IMG/VR virus record: IMGVR_UViG_3300030497_000008
Location: 97,392 to 161,391 of that record
Source: a virus
Reading direction: 5' to 3' (one strand)
Length of the DNA: 64,000 nt
A program made the translations under genes and the position numbers. Under the pieces are notes generated by a model. The model was not told the origin of the DNA, did not search any database, and saw only the letters and a list, made by a program, of their open reading frames with translations. This document shows positions 20,205 through 30,172 of this stretch, one piece after another (the stretch's first letter is position 1; every line of letters begins with the position of its first letter).

Positions 20205-20549
20205 ATGCTAAGTGAAGTGTTAGTTAATCGTACGGAGATGGCGAGAAGGATTGCTATTAACGGTGGATATACACAGAAGGAGATAGAGAAGATACTTAAG
20301 CTGCAAGAGGATGTTATTGAAGAGGCGATGTATCGCGGAGAGACTGTAAAGCATGGGAAGTTATATAAACTATCTTTACATGAGCTTCCTGAGAAAGAAT
20401 GTTGGGATAACTTTAATGACCGATATGTGACAAGAAAGGCTGTCTACACACCTAAATTCCAGCCGCTTATTCGATTAGAACAAATACGTATACCTGTGAA
20501 GGAGGAAGAGAAGGATGTTCAAGAAGCTACTAGCGAAGATAAAGGATAA
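20205..20549 (+). CDS. HU/IHF-like DNA-binding protein
   Basis: NRTEMARRIA, GETVKHGKL, YTPKF fit the HU fold pattern. Confidence 0.75.
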   Translation: MLSEVLVNRTEMARRIAINGGYTQKEIEKILKLQEDVIEEAMYRGETVKHGKLYKLSLHELPEKECWDNFNDRYVTRKAVYTPKFQPLIRLEQIRIPVKEEEKDVQEATSEDKG

Positions 20550-20754
20550 GTTAAAGCCTAAGACTAAGGTGAAGAAGCGACAGACTTGTGAAGTGTTTTG
20601 TCCGAAATGTGGAATAGGTTTAATAGAATCGATGAGCCACTTTACATATATTGAGGATGATAGATTAGTTAAATACACTTGTGTAGTATGTGGAACGCGG
20701 TCTCACTGGGATTTTGACCCACCTGTACCTATCTTTATTAGAGAGGAGAAATAA
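20515..20754 (+). CDS. zinc-ribbon protein
   Basis: CPKC...CVVC. Confidence 0.65.
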   Translation: MFKKLLAKIKDKLKPKTKVKKRQTCEVFCPKCGIGLIESMSHFTYIEDDRLVKYTCVVCGTRSHWDFDPPVPIFIREEK

Positions 20755-20770
20755 TTCTTCTCTTTTTTTA
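20740..20770 (+). terminator. intrinsic terminator
   Basis: AGAGGAGA/TCTTCTCT stem followed by T run. Confidence 0.65.
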
Positions 20771-20779
20771 TTTTAATAG

Positions 20780-20808
20780 TTGACTTAAAGTAAAACGGAT
20801 GATAAGAT
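20780..20808 (+). promoter_or_regulatory. sigma-A promoter with palindrome at -35
   Basis: TTGACT-N17-TAAGAT; TTGAC-TTAAA-GTAAA. Confidence 0.8.
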
Positions 20809-20838
20809 TAAGACAAGTTAAAGAAAGGGGAGAGAAAA

Positions 20839-21045
20839 ATGGAAATCTATGAGTACAAATCAATACCATCATCTATTAAACTATTTCAAGATGAGTCAGA
20901 GCTAAATAAGTTAGGTGCAGAGGGTTGGGAATTAGTCATGATGGTGGCTGCTAGAGTTATCTTCAAAAGAAAAATTGAAGTGAAAGTAAGCATTAAGATT
21001 GATTTATCTGACGCTGAGGTGAGTAAAGATGAGCTCTTACGCTAG
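20839..21045 (+). CDS. DUF4177-like small protein
   Basis: YEYK...LNKLGAEGWELV...IFKR pattern. Confidence 0.7.
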   Translation: MEIYEYKSIPSSIKLFQDESELNKLGAEGWELVMMVAARVIFKRKIEVKVSIKIDLSDAEVSKDELLR

Positions 21046-21211
21046 AGATATGGTAGAAGGATATGAGGACATTGCTAGGGGTATAGAAGAGTTTCTGGAA
21101 AATGAAGACCTTAGTAAAGCGGATTTAATAAAGAAATTAGAATCTATTAAAAGAGGCTGCTGGTCTAAATATAATGACGGAGCTTATTCATTAGGATGGA
21201 GGGATAACTAA
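21029..21211 (+). CDS. hypothetical protein
   Basis: ORF with RBS. Confidence 0.6.
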   Translation: MSSYARDMVEGYEDIARGIEEFLENEDLSKADLIKKLESIKRGCWSKYNDGAYSLGWRDN

Positions 21212-21486
21212 TGAGAAATGCAGGAAGTAGACTATATGATTATGTAACACTTGAAAAGGTTTGGAAGGAAGAAGAGCAAGAAGGATTCATGATTATCGGA
21301 TGCTCTGGAGATATCGATTATAAAGGTATCAGAAAAGTGATTGGGATGTACATCGGTAAAAACCTAAACATCTATAAAAACAAAGAAAAACTAGATAGAA
21401 ACTATGATAAATCAGTAGAAATCCTAAAAGAGCATTACGAGAACGTTGTGATTGGTAGAGACGGATTTGACTACATTGTAGCTTAG
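21211..21486 (+). CDS. hypothetical protein
   Basis: Coupled ORF. Confidence 0.65.
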   Translation: MRNAGSRLYDYVTLEKVWKEEEQEGFMIIGCSGDIDYKGIRKVIGMYIGKNLNIYKNKEKLDRNYDKSVEILKEHYENVVIGRDGFDYIVA

Positions 21487-21497
21487 GAGATGATTAA

Positions 21498-21695
21498 ATG
21501 TTTACATTGTACACATTTACGTACGGCGCACTTTGCAAGCATGATTTTGATGATGCGAGTTCTGCACTTGCATTTATGATAGCTGGTGTAGACGCTGGGG
21601 ACTTCACACCTGCATCACTATGGGAGAGAACTCCAGAAGGTGCTAAAGTTATGTTTAATAGACAGGAATTAAGAGACATTTATATTGAAAGCTAA
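21498..21695 (+). CDS. hypothetical protein
   Basis: ORF with RBS. Confidence 0.65.
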   Translation: MFTLYTFTYGALCKHDFDDASSALAFMIAGVDAGDFTPASLWERTPEGAKVMFNRQELRDIYIES

Positions 21696-21709
21696 GGAGG
21701 AGAATTAAT

Positions 21710-22153
21710 ATGACATATGAAGAGATGCAAGCAGAGATTAAGTTTCAAGAGCAGCAGTTATTACAAATGAAACAAGCAGCAGAGGTTCAACGATTAAAAG
21801 AAAAAGGTATGAACTTCGAGAGTAAAGGTATATGGAAAGTTACTACAGAAGGTGATGAGGAAGGTAGAAGTACTAGAGATTTAGGCATTCATAAAGGAGA
21901 TATCATTTACATAGCTCAAAAACTAGCGCAACATGAGTTTTACAAATTAACATTTACTCGTGTAAATCCGAAAGAAGAGGATGTTGTGTTACCTCAAAAA
22001 GGTGAAGTACACATAACTGTGTATGGTGACGATAACATTGAAGATGAGCACGATTTATTAGCAGCATTGTCAGGTAAAGCTCTTGACGGAGAGAAAGTAT
22101 CGTTAGGTCAGTACTATAAGTCTGTAAAATTTACATGGGGGTTGGATAAATAA
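21710..22153 (+). CDS. hypothetical protein
   Basis: Strong RBS; WKVTTEGDEEGR motif. Confidence 0.75.
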   Translation: MTYEEMQAEIKFQEQQLLQMKQAAEVQRLKEKGMNFESKGIWKVTTEGDEEGRSTRDLGIHKGDIIYIAQKLAQHEFYKLTFTRVNPKEEDVVLPQKGEVHITVYGDDNIEDEHDLLAALSGKALDGEKVSLGQYYKSVKFTWGLDK

Positions 22154-22154
22154 T

Positions 22155-22514
22155 ATGGCTATTAAAAGAGAATTGTTAGAAGTGGAAGTTACGTTTAACG
22201 AGACGGAGATTTATGCTCAAAGCGCGAAGGATGCAGTAGAGCATCGATTGTACAATGTCGATGGCGTATTAGAATGGGACACGTATATGCTTACATCATT
22301 AGATAACGACGACGACGATACTACAACAGAGCAGTTCTTATTATGTGTAGTATATAATACATACGATTTATCAGGAAGTAGTTTGGAGGATGTAATCGAT
22401 ACAGAGTTATACACAGAGGATGGGGTTATTAGTTACGCTACGCAGCCGTTAAAAGAAAGAACATTAGATGCTACAATTGCACTGGAGGAAATTATCTATG
22501 GTTATAGTAATTAA
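22155..22514 (+). CDS. acidic hypothetical protein
   Basis: ORF with two similar halves (LYNVDGV / LYTEDGV). Confidence 0.7.
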   Translation: MAIKRELLEVEVTFNETEIYAQSAKDAVEHRLYNVDGVLEWDTYMLTSLDNDDDDTTTEQFLLCVVYNTYDLSGSSLEDVIDTELYTEDGVISYATQPLKERTLDATIALEEIIYGYSN

Positions 22515-22683
22515 TTTCGGTGAGTATGAGTTCACGAGATTTAGAGACGCAGTACATACATTAGAGATGGAATATGGGTATGAAGGTGAAGCTTGGGAAA
22601 TGGTAGTAGCAAGTGAAGACCTAGAAATATTGGGAGACTTCTTAGACATGGAAGGTTTCCACGTAGAAATGGAGGCACAATAA
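22498..22683 (+). CDS. hypothetical protein
   Basis: GGAGG RBS. Confidence 0.65.
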   Translation: MVIVINFGEYEFTRFRDAVHTLEMEYGYEGEAWEMVVASEDLEILGDFLDMEGFHVEMEAQ

Positions 22684-22684
22684 A

Positions 22685-23161
22685 ATGATTAAAACATATA
22701 GCGGAGTACACGTACTGGAAGAATTGAACAACCACTGGTTGGTGAAAGAGGATGCTGATGGTGACATCACGTATAATTATAGGATTTTGAATGGCACTCT
22801 ATATAAGGCGTTTTATCGACAGAATAAGTGGCATATAGAAAAGTCTAATGTAAACTTAAACTACTTCCTATCGGGAGAATTTGAAGTATCAGATGACCGT
22901 GTTAAGATTTCTGACAGATTCGTGGAGTACGATGGCAGAACTATTAGACTAAAAGAAGTGCCGCTAACAGAGATGTTGTCTACTTCGGGTTTGGTGTATG
23001 GGGAAGGTGAAAAGATAGATGTTATTAAAAAGCACTATAGTTTTTTACAAAACGGTTTATTCTACTTTGATGACCTATTAAAAGCACTGGGAGAGAATTA
23101 TACATCCGCCGCATGTAAGAAAACGCTGCTAGAAACAAAATGGTTTGTGGAGGTAAACTAA
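22685..23161 (+). CDS. hypothetical protein (paralog of next gene)
   Basis: 158 aa, similar termini to 23163..23639. Confidence 0.7.
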   Translation: MIKTYSGVHVLEELNNHWLVKEDADGDITYNYRILNGTLYKAFYRQNKWHIEKSNVNLNYFLSGEFEVSDDRVKISDRFVEYDGRTIRLKEVPLTEMLSTSGLVYGEGEKIDVIKKHYSFLQNGLFYFDDLLKALGENYTSAACKKTLLETKWFVEVN

Positions 23162-23162
23162 A

Positions 23163-23639
23163 ATGAGTGAATTTAAAGGAAAAGTATTACAAGGTGTAGA
23201 AACAATTAAAGAGATGGCAAATGGTACATGGGTGTATGATATTAACTACCCGAACGCGGTGTTTACGATTTTGGATGACGAATTAACTAGACTATGGATT
23301 CCATCGTTAGATATTCGCGCATATACAGGTGAAAATGGTTCGAGTCTCGTATTCCCTCAATTCCTAGAGAACGAGTACGCTATTTTTGCAGAAGCTGACG
23401 GATTTAGAATCAAAGGTGGTAACTTATATGTACGTACGAACTGGGAAGGGGTTTTAAAATCGGAAGGGCAACTTATGATTTCTCATCCTAAGTTATCTAT
23501 GACTAGTATATATGAGGATAGTTTATACACGTTTGCATCTATCCTTGAAGTGTTAGGTGATGAGCTAGCATCTCCAACAATTAAAGAGATTTTATCAGAA
23601 GCTAAGTGGTATGTACGAAAGAAAGAGGAGGCGAAATAA
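23163..23639 (+). CDS. hypothetical protein
   Basis: 158 aa paralog. Confidence 0.7.
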   Translation: MSEFKGKVLQGVETIKEMANGTWVYDINYPNAVFTILDDELTRLWIPSLDIRAYTGENGSSLVFPQFLENEYAIFAEADGFRIKGGNLYVRTNWEGVLKSEGQLMISHPKLSMTSIYEDSLYTFASILEVLGDELASPTIKEILSEAKWYVRKKEEAK

Positions 23640-23640
23640 T

Positions 23641-23856
23641 ATGAATACTATGAGCATTGTATTTGTATTTAAGGATGGGCGAAACTTCCGAGTAGACAAT
23701 ATTCAAGATGAATTCCAACAATTTTCAAGTAATAACTGTGCTAGTCACTGGGCTGTGTTTAGAGACGTCACGATTAATATGCAGGATGTATCATATTTTT
23801 ATGTAAATAAAGAGAAAGTAACACCATCGCAGGTAGCTGCTAGTTTCGAAAAGTAG
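23641..23856 (+). CDS. hypothetical protein
   Basis: GAGGAGG RBS. Confidence 0.65.
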   Translation: MNTMSIVFVFKDGRNFRVDNIQDEFQQFSSNNCASHWAVFRDVTINMQDVSYFYVNKEKVTPSQVAASFEK

Positions 23857-23882
23857 GAGAGGGGATACCCTCTCTTTTTGTT
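23857..23882 (+). terminator. intrinsic terminator
   Basis: GAGAGGG/CCCTCTC stem followed by T run. Confidence 0.75.
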
Positions 23883-23927
23883 GTAGTTTCTAGTAAAATA
23901 TGATATAATTGAGGAGAAGGAGGAGAT

Positions 23928-26900
23928 ATGTTGAAAATATTGTTCGCGCAAGAATTCATCAGAGAAGACCACATGAAGATACAGAAGGATAAAACGTTAA
24001 AAAACGTCTTTCTATCTACCGATGCAGGTGGTATGCTAAAGTCCTTAATAACAACAGGGCTTGGCTTAAAGAGGGACGAATTTTACATTGACTACGCATT
24101 CCATAAAGTACCTAGAGTAACAAAACGAGGAAGAAACAACAGAGCGACGCAATATGCACAGCCTAAGACAAAAGAGCTGAACCCAGAGTTCGACGAGTTC
24201 CGAGCCAGAATTATTCGGGACAAACCAGACATCGTAGTTCCCTCAGGTAACTTAGGATGTAAAGCCCTTATCAACAAGGCTTCTATCTCTACTGTACGTG
24301 GTGTACCTAGAAAAGAGATTATCACTTCTACTCTTACAGAAGAGACGCATGAGTGTTGGATTCTTCCGATGTACTCGATGGAGTATATGCTAGTAAGTCC
24401 GAAGATTCAAAACTTAGTAGAAGCAGACTTAGGGATTTTAAAGAAATACATAACAGAAGGCGAAGTAGCATTCCTACCAAAAGAGGTAACCTATGAGGAT
24501 GCTACAACAATTGAACGAGTTAGGGAGATATTCCAAAAAGAAGTTAAAAACGCTCCTGTAATCGCATGGGATTTAGAGACTAATACATTACATCCAGAAC
24601 GGATAGGAGCAAAGCCTCTTGTAATCTCCTTATCTTGGAGAGAAGGTCAAGGCGTAACCATACCATTAGAACATAAAGACTTCACATGGCATATGGGGTA
24701 CTTGGCGGAGATTTATAAAATGATTGAAGAGTTTGTTGGCGACCCAAACATTATAAAGGTCGCGCATAACGGTAAGTTCGATATGAGATTCCTACGTCTT
24801 ACTAGAAACATCACCGTATTCAACAATGTACGAGATACGAAAACGATGTACTATTTACTAGTTAACCAAGACGTAAAAGGTTCATTAAAATTATCGGATT
24901 TAACATATGAATTTACCGATATGGGTGGGTATGATAGAGCTCTAGAGGACTTCAAGAAGAAGTACCTTGAAGATGCTAAGAAACAAGATGATATCCGTAT
25001 CAAGAAGTTAAAAGAAGAGTGGAAAGCTCAATGTGATAGAGACCGTGCGGAGGCTAATGCGAAGATAAAAGAATATAAAGCAGAGCTTCGAGAGCTTAAC
25101 AAGCAGATAAAAAGCGATGAAAGGGTTAATCAATCCTCAACGAAAGAGCGTTACATGCGCCGACAAGACCTTACAACGCTCATTGCAACTACGAAGTATG
25201 TGAAACCTAAGATGCCTGACTTCGGTACAGCTAAAGCTCCTAGAAATGAGATTGACGGGGAAGACTTCAATTACGAATGGATTCCATTATTCGAAATGCT
25301 TTCTCCGTACGCTAGTGGCGACGTAGACGTGTGTTTACGTATTTATAATTCGTTAGCTGCTCGATGTACAAACAAAGGTCTAGCGAAGATTGAAGCCCTT
25401 TATACGGGGCATTATCCTGAGCTTGTTAATGTGCTTGCTAAAATTGAAGCAACAGGAATCAAACTAGATATTCCGTACGTTAAGCATCTAGCTAAAGTAT
25501 ATACGGAAGAAGAGAACAGATTACTAGGTCTGATTCGTGAATTTGACTTGATTAAGCAAGTAGAGGAAGAGAAGGACGCTTTATACGCTCTAGCTGTAGA
25601 GGAGATGTTAAAAGCTCCGAAAGACCGTGATAAAGAAATCCTTAAGCTTCGTAATAAGCTTAAAAACGAAGAAGACAGATTCTTTAATCCTAACTCATCG
25701 GAAGATAAGCAAAAAGCGATGTACAAGCTAGGTGGCATTGTCCTACCGTTTAACCGTGAGTATCTAGTAGACTCTGCGGTAGAGAATAACCTAGAAGAAC
25801 ATGAGATTGAATGGTATCATTATAAGGCAGATAAACACGCGTTCGAATACATATCAGCGAATTACCCAGAACATAAAGAACTAGCAGATTTATTCTTAGA
25901 GTTCTCATTAGTTAAAACGCGTAAACAAAGTTTTACATACAAGTTCCTTACAATGGTAGACCATCATGATATCCTGCATGGTTCATTCAACTCAGAGGGT
26001 ACAGAAACAAGTCGTCTATCATCAGCAGCTCCTAACTTACAGAACTTACCTCGTAAGACAGGGGACGTGTTCCGATTCGATTATCAGCATCCTATTAAAC
26101 GCGCATTCGTTACTAGATTCGAAGGCGGAGCGTTAATCCAGCTCGATTATAGCTCCCTAGAGTCCCGTGTAATGGCATTAGACGCATACGATGTCGATAT
26201 GATTCGAGCATTCTTTAACGGCGAGGACGTACATAAGCAAACTGCATCATTCGTATTCCGTAAACCGCAAGAAGAAGTAACAGATGATGAGCGTTCAGCA
26301 GCTAAGTCTACTTCGTTCGGTCTTGCATACGGTGAAACACCACAGTCTTACTACAGTAAGCATGGTATGACATTAGAGCAAGCTACAAAACTATTCGATG
26401 ACTTCTTCGCAGGGAAACCACGACTTAAAGAGTATATCGATGAGAACAAAGAACTTGCATTACAACAAGGTAATATTTCTTGTATGCAAGGGTTCACTCG
26501 TAACTTACGAGATGTGTACTCAAAAGATAAACAGAAACGCAATGCTGCACTTCGTCAGGCTACAAATACTCGTATTCAAGGTTCTGGTGCATTCTTAACG
26601 AATAACTCATTAATCTACATCAACAACATGATTGAGAAACTGAACCTACGCTCTCGTATCGTATTAACAGTACACGATAGTATCGTAATCGACTGTCCAC
26701 CAGATGAGATTGAATTAATGGCTCATATTGGTAAGAGAGTCATGGAGAACTTACCTATCGATTGGTTGTGGATTGACTGGGAAGGTGAGAGACGTCGTTT
26801 CCCTATCACAGCAGACGTAGAGATTGGTATAACTTACAACGATATGGTAGATTACAAGCCAGAAGACTTAAAAACATTCAAATCTGTAAAAGGTTACTGT

Positions 26901-27026
26901 GAATTCTACGGTAAGAAAAAGCATATCAAGAACTGTAAGGGTTCTAAGGTTATTACAGAAGAGAAAATGGAAGAGTTATTCGAAGTGTTAGAAAAGAGCA
27001 AAGACTTATACCGACAAATCGCATAG
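23928..27026 (+). CDS. family A DNA polymerase with N-terminal UDG-like domain and 3'-5' exonuclease
   Basis: WDLET, HNGKFD, YASGD exonuclease motifs; DYSSLESR, RSAAKSTSFGLAYG, VHDSI polymerase motifs; no intron or intein. Confidence 0.96.
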   Translation: MLKILFAQEFIREDHMKIQKDKTLKNVFLSTDAGGMLKSLITTGLGLKRDEFYIDYAFHKVPRVTKRGRNNRATQYAQPKTKELNPEFDEFRARIIRDKPDIVVPSGNLGCKALINKASISTVRGVPRKEIITSTLTEETHECWILPMYSMEYMLVSPKIQNLVEADLGILKKYITEGEVAFLPKEVTYEDATTIERVREIFQKEVKNAPVIAWDLETNTLHPERIGAKPLVISLSWREGQGVTIPLEHKDFTWHMGYLAEIYKMIEEFVGDPNIIKVAHNGKFDMRFLRLTRNITVFNNVRDTKTMYYLLVNQDVKGSLKLSDLTYEFTDMGGYDRALEDFKKKYLEDAKKQDDIRIKKLKEEWKAQCDRDRAEANAKIKEYKAELRELNKQIKSDERVNQSSTKERYMRRQDLTTLIATTKYVKPKMPDFGTAKAPRNEIDGEDFNYEWIPLFEMLSPYASGDVDVCLRIYNSLAARCTNKGLAKIEALYTGHYPELVNVLAKIEATGIKLDIPYVKHLAKVYTEEENRLLGLIREFDLIKQVEEEKDALYALAVEEMLKAPKDRDKEILKLRNKLKNEEDRFFNPNSSEDKQKAMYKLGGIVLPFNREYLVDSAVENNLEEHEIEWYHYKADKHAFEYISANYPEHKELADLFLEFSLVKTRKQSFTYKFLTMVDHHDILHGSFNSEGTETSRLSSAAPNLQNLPRKTGDVFRFDYQHPIKRAFVTRFEGGALIQLDYSSLESRVMALDAYDVDMIRAFFNGEDVHKQTASFVFRKPQEEVTDDERSAAKSTSFGLAYGETPQSYYSKHGMTLEQATKLFDDFFAGKPRLKEYIDENKELALQQGNISCMQGFTRNLRDVYSKDKQKRNAALRQATNTRIQGSGAFLTNNSLIYINNMIEKLNLRSRIVLTVHDSIVIDCPPDEIELMAHIGKRVMENLPIDWLWIDWEGERRRFPITADVEIGITYNDMVDYKPEDLKTFKSVKGYCEFYGKKKHIKNCKGSKVITEEKMEELFEVLEKSKDLYRQIA

Positions 27027-27035
27027 GAGGTACAC

Positions 27036-27233
27036 ATGGGTTTACTAAAACAATTATTCTGTATGCACACGAAGGTTTCTGATTCCTTCGGTGTTTACAG
27101 TAAAAAAGAAGGTAACGACAATCTGGTTATCCAATGGGAAGGTAAAAGGTGCGTAGACTGCTACAAATATTGGCATAAAGAGCGAGTTGAAAAAATTGAA
27201 AGAAATTATTACGACCTGCTTGACTTTAAGTAA
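27036..27233 (+). CDS. small Cys/His protein
   Basis: LFCMH...CVDC. Confidence 0.6.
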   Translation: MGLLKQLFCMHTKVSDSFGVYSKKEGNDNLVIQWEGKRCVDCYKYWHKERVEKIERNYYDLLDFK

Positions 27234-27257
27234 AACTAGTATTATACTAAAAGTAAC
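27220..27257 (+). promoter_or_regulatory. sigma-A promoter with two palindromes
   Basis: TTGACT-N17-TATACT; palindromes at 27220 and 27243. Confidence 0.8.
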
Positions 27258-27278
27258 AAATGAAAGGGAGAGATTAAT

Positions 27279-27542
27279 ATGAATGGTATGGCAGACTTAA
27301 GTAAATTAAAAGGATACGATGAACTTCACCAATCGGTGACTGTTGCGACATTTAGAGATACATCAGAGCCTGTTAGGATGGAAGTGGCACTATTCGAGGT
27401 TGTCGATGGTGAAGCACTCGTAGAGTTATTCAGTAAAGACGAAAAGGATGGGGATGTCGTATCTATCGTTCTAGATGAGGAAAAAGTGGATGAACTAATC
27501 GAAGCACTCCAAAAAGCTAAGAAACTTAAGGAGGAGCTATAG
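27279..27542 (+). CDS. hypothetical protein
   Basis: ORF with RBS. Confidence 0.7.
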   Translation: MNGMADLSKLKGYDELHQSVTVATFRDTSEPVRMEVALFEVVDGEALVELFSKDEKDGDVVSIVLDEEKVDELIEALQKAKKLKEEL

Positions 27543-27543
27543 T

Positions 27544-27813
27544 ATGTTCGTTGAAAGTGTAGGTACTAGAATACTCCGAGATGTAGATAATACTAAAGAA
27601 ATGATGAGTATGTCGGGTTACATCGCACACGGTAAGGACGTTAGAGTAGACTTCACAACGTTCAAAGAAACAGGAGAAACAATAACTATCTCGGCTGATG
27701 AGGCTACAGTAGAACTAGCAATCAAAAATCTACAAATGTTATTAGCAAGAGCTCGCGCAAAAGTAGAGTTAAGAGAGGATGGAGACCATTGGCAGGAAAT
27801 CGACAAAGTTTAA
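27544..27813 (+). CDS. hypothetical protein
   Basis: ORF with RBS. Confidence 0.7.
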   Translation: MFVESVGTRILRDVDNTKEMMSMSGYIAHGKDVRVDFTTFKETGETITISADEATVELAIKNLQMLLARARAKVELREDGDHWQEIDKV

Positions 27814-28064
27814 CAATATACTTCAACACAGAGGACGAAGGTACAGAATTCGAATACACGAATTGGTTTATCGAGGACGAGCTAGGACATCAAATTGATA
27901 GCGGCAGCGGCAAGAAGTATTTCTATGTCGGAGAAGTTTATACATATGATGAAGTTGAATATATCGTGCAGAACGTGTACGACATAGGAGGTTACACGGC
28001 AGTTGATGTCTCCACTCTAAAATTCGCAGATAATAAAGGCGGGTTGCTAGATGGACTTAGATAG
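27789..28064 (+). CDS. hypothetical protein
   Basis: TTG start with RBS. Confidence 0.6.
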   Translation: MAGNRQSLTIYFNTEDEGTEFEYTNWFIEDELGHQIDSGSGKKYFYVGEVYTYDEVEYIVQNVYDIGGYTAVDVSTLKFADNKGGLLDGLR

Positions 28065-28395
28065 CTGGAAAGTAGAATTAATAGAAGATACCTTATTAAC
28101 AGATGAACAAATGGGCTTCGAGCCTTGGCAAACAAGAATGATTATGGAAATGGAGTGTAATGAAGAGATGGAACTTAAAAAATATACAGGTGGTACATAT
28201 TTTTGCAAGTCAGGTTTAGGGGATTCACTACGAATTGACCACGAGATTGATGAAAGTAATTTAATGGATAGTACTGTCGCTCTAACTATTCGCGATAACG
28301 ACGAGAATGATGCTTTCGATGTTATCTTAGATGTAGAAGATGTGATTCGAGTTCGAGATGAACTGGATGAATTTTTAGAAAAGGTGGTAAAATAA
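28051..28395 (+). CDS. acidic hypothetical protein
   Basis: ORF. Confidence 0.65.
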   Translation: MDLDSWKVELIEDTLLTDEQMGFEPWQTRMIMEMECNEEMELKKYTGGTYFCKSGLGDSLRIDHEIDESNLMDSTVALTIRDNDENDAFDVILDVEDVIRVRDELDEFLEKVVK

Positions 28396-28398
28396 CAT

Positions 28399-28656
28399 AT
28401 GTTAGAGTCGAAACATAAATGGTCTTTTATTGGCGATAATGATAGTGAATTTACAAAAGGACATACATATCATACAGTAGAACGACATCATACAAAATGG
28501 GCTAATATGTCAGAAGAGGAGTTCCGAAAGGAAATGAATGACGCATATCCTAATTACGATGCGTTAGAGGATGGTTACTTAATTTTTATTGGTGATTCTG
28601 GAGATGAAGTTTTAGTAGACCGCAGCTACTGGTTAGTAAACTTCTATAAACTTTAA
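28399..28656 (+). CDS. hypothetical protein
   Basis: ORF with RBS. Confidence 0.65.
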   Translation: MLESKHKWSFIGDNDSEFTKGHTYHTVERHHTKWANMSEEEFRKEMNDAYPNYDALEDGYLIFIGDSGDEVLVDRSYWLVNFYKL

Positions 28657-28666
28657 TAGAAAGGGG

Positions 28667-28710
28667 TTGACGCCCCTTCTACTTTTGTGATAGACTTTAC
28701 TTAAAGTAAA
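28667..28710 (+). promoter_or_regulatory. promoter overlapping terminator hairpin, with palindrome near +1
   Basis: TTGACG-N18-TAGACT; TTTAC-TTAAA-GTAAA at 28696-28710. Confidence 0.65.
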
Positions 28711-28728
28711 ATAAGAGGAGGAGTTATA

Positions 28729-29091
28729 ATGACTTGGGATATTTATACCAAAGAAGGTAAGTGGCTAGGGCACTGTGATAACTTGGAGACGAAAGAACAT
28801 ATGGAAATGTTTCGAGATTGTGAGTGCCGTGAACGTACTGTGGAAGACGAGATTGTAAACATGATGTCACCGTGGGACATGTCTGGTAATGAAGGAGCTA
28901 TATCTTGGTCAGTTGTCTACGTAGGAGACTTTAAAGAAGATTGGAAGTTTACTATCACAGCAACGAATGAGAACGGGAATAAAAAAGAAGGTAACTATGA
29001 GCTGCAACGAAAACCTGTATTCGGGTTAGCCATGAGAGACACTTACGAGATTAATAAAATTTTGGACAAGCTAATTGAGGAGGTCAAATAA
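28729..29091 (+). CDS. hypothetical protein
   Basis: Strong RBS. Confidence 0.7.
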   Translation: MTWDIYTKEGKWLGHCDNLETKEHMEMFRDCECRERTVEDEIVNMMSPWDMSGNEGAISWSVVYVGDFKEDWKFTITATNENGNKKEGNYELQRKPVFGLAMRDTYEINKILDKLIEEVK

Positions 29092-29363
29092 TGTTACATG
29101 TTGTAAGGTTCTATAGTGACTTAGATGAGTGCTACCGTTTTAGGGTGTTTAGTTCAGATGACATGGTTGAGATTACGGGTAAAGGGTTCGCTGATTTTCA
29201 TAAAGATGTTGTGTACAATTTTTACGGTAAGAGTTACATATTAGAAAAAGAAGTGAACTGGTACTCGCATCATGAGTTTATTTTCACAGAAGTGGGTTCA
29301 ACACCGACTAGTTTACTAGGTGATTGGGTAGTTACTACAGATAAAGAGGAGGCGCTAGTATGA
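29091..29363 (+). CDS. hypothetical protein
   Basis: Coupled ORF. Confidence 0.65.
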   Translation: MLHVVRFYSDLDECYRFRVFSSDDMVEITGKGFADFHKDVVYNFYGKSYILEKEVNWYSHHEFIFTEVGSTPTSLLGDWVVTTDKEEALV

Positions 29364-29671
29364 CGGGAACAGAAGCTTTAAGAGATAATATCACTTTTTA
29401 TCTAAATGCAGAGAGACAGGCTACACAGCAGCTTGTACGATACATGAACATGCTAGATGATAAATACGATATTGAAATGCCTTTAAAAAATATATCATTT
29501 ATAGACGACGGTAACGAAACACCAGTACCAGTCGAAGTTGCGTATATAGATTACGACAATTACCTAATGGAGGTATCGTATACTCATCCGTACTCTGGTA
29601 TTAAAACTATGACATGGGTAACGCTAGAGACTATTGCTAAATTCGCAACACTTACGGAGGTGCAAAAGTAA
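29360..29671 (+). CDS. hypothetical protein
   Basis: Coupled ORF. Confidence 0.65.
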   Translation: MTGTEALRDNITFYLNAERQATQQLVRYMNMLDDKYDIEMPLKNISFIDDGNETPVPVEVAYIDYDNYLMEVSYTHPYSGIKTMTWVTLETIAKFATLTEVQK

Positions 29672-29835
29672 TGGAATCTGGAATTGAGTACGAGGTTAAT
29701 GGGTTTAAGTATATGTTTGCTTTGCTTTGTTATATGTACTCTCCTGTAGGAGAAGAAAACTGGTCATTTGTACCTACGGATTCATACCACATGGAAGTTA
29801 TCAAAGAATTGGAGGGAATGAACATTGAGAATTGA
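29671..29835 (+). CDS. small hypothetical protein (54 aa, not in track)
   Basis: GGAGGTG RBS, TAATG coupling. Confidence 0.55.
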   Translation: MESGIEYEVNGFKYMFALLCYMYSPVGEENWSFVPTDSYHMEVIKELEGMNIEN

Positions 29836-30112
29836 TGTTAGTAAGGTTGTAAATAAACAAAAAACGTACGAAATAGGAGATATTATCTGTATCGACAATT
29901 ACATATACACCATTGTACATATACCTTTATCAGATTTAGGCTCTAAACAATACATGTTACTTGGAGCTGACAGCTACACTTTAGCCAATGGTCAATGGGA
30001 GTCTATCGATGAGATGATTCGTAGTTTAGAGAAGAGACTTAACACTTCTTTGCAGCACTTTCCTAAGAACGAATATAAACTTGTTTTACAAAAAGTAGTT
30101 GACAGACTATAA
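29825..30112 (+). CDS. hypothetical protein
   Basis: TTG start with GGAGG RBS. Confidence 0.65.
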   Translation: MRIDVSKVVNKQKTYEIGDIICIDNYIYTIVHIPLSDLGSKQYMLLGADSYTLANGQWESIDEMIRSLEKRLNTSLQHFPKNEYKLVLQKVVDRL

Positions 30113-30127
30113 CAAATATAGTAGAAT
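30099..30127 (+). promoter_or_regulatory. sigma-A promoter
   Basis: TTGACA-N17-TAGAAT. Confidence 0.7.
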
Positions 30128-30172
30128 TATAGGGAAGAGAAATCTTCTCTATTTCTATTAAGGAGGGAAAAC

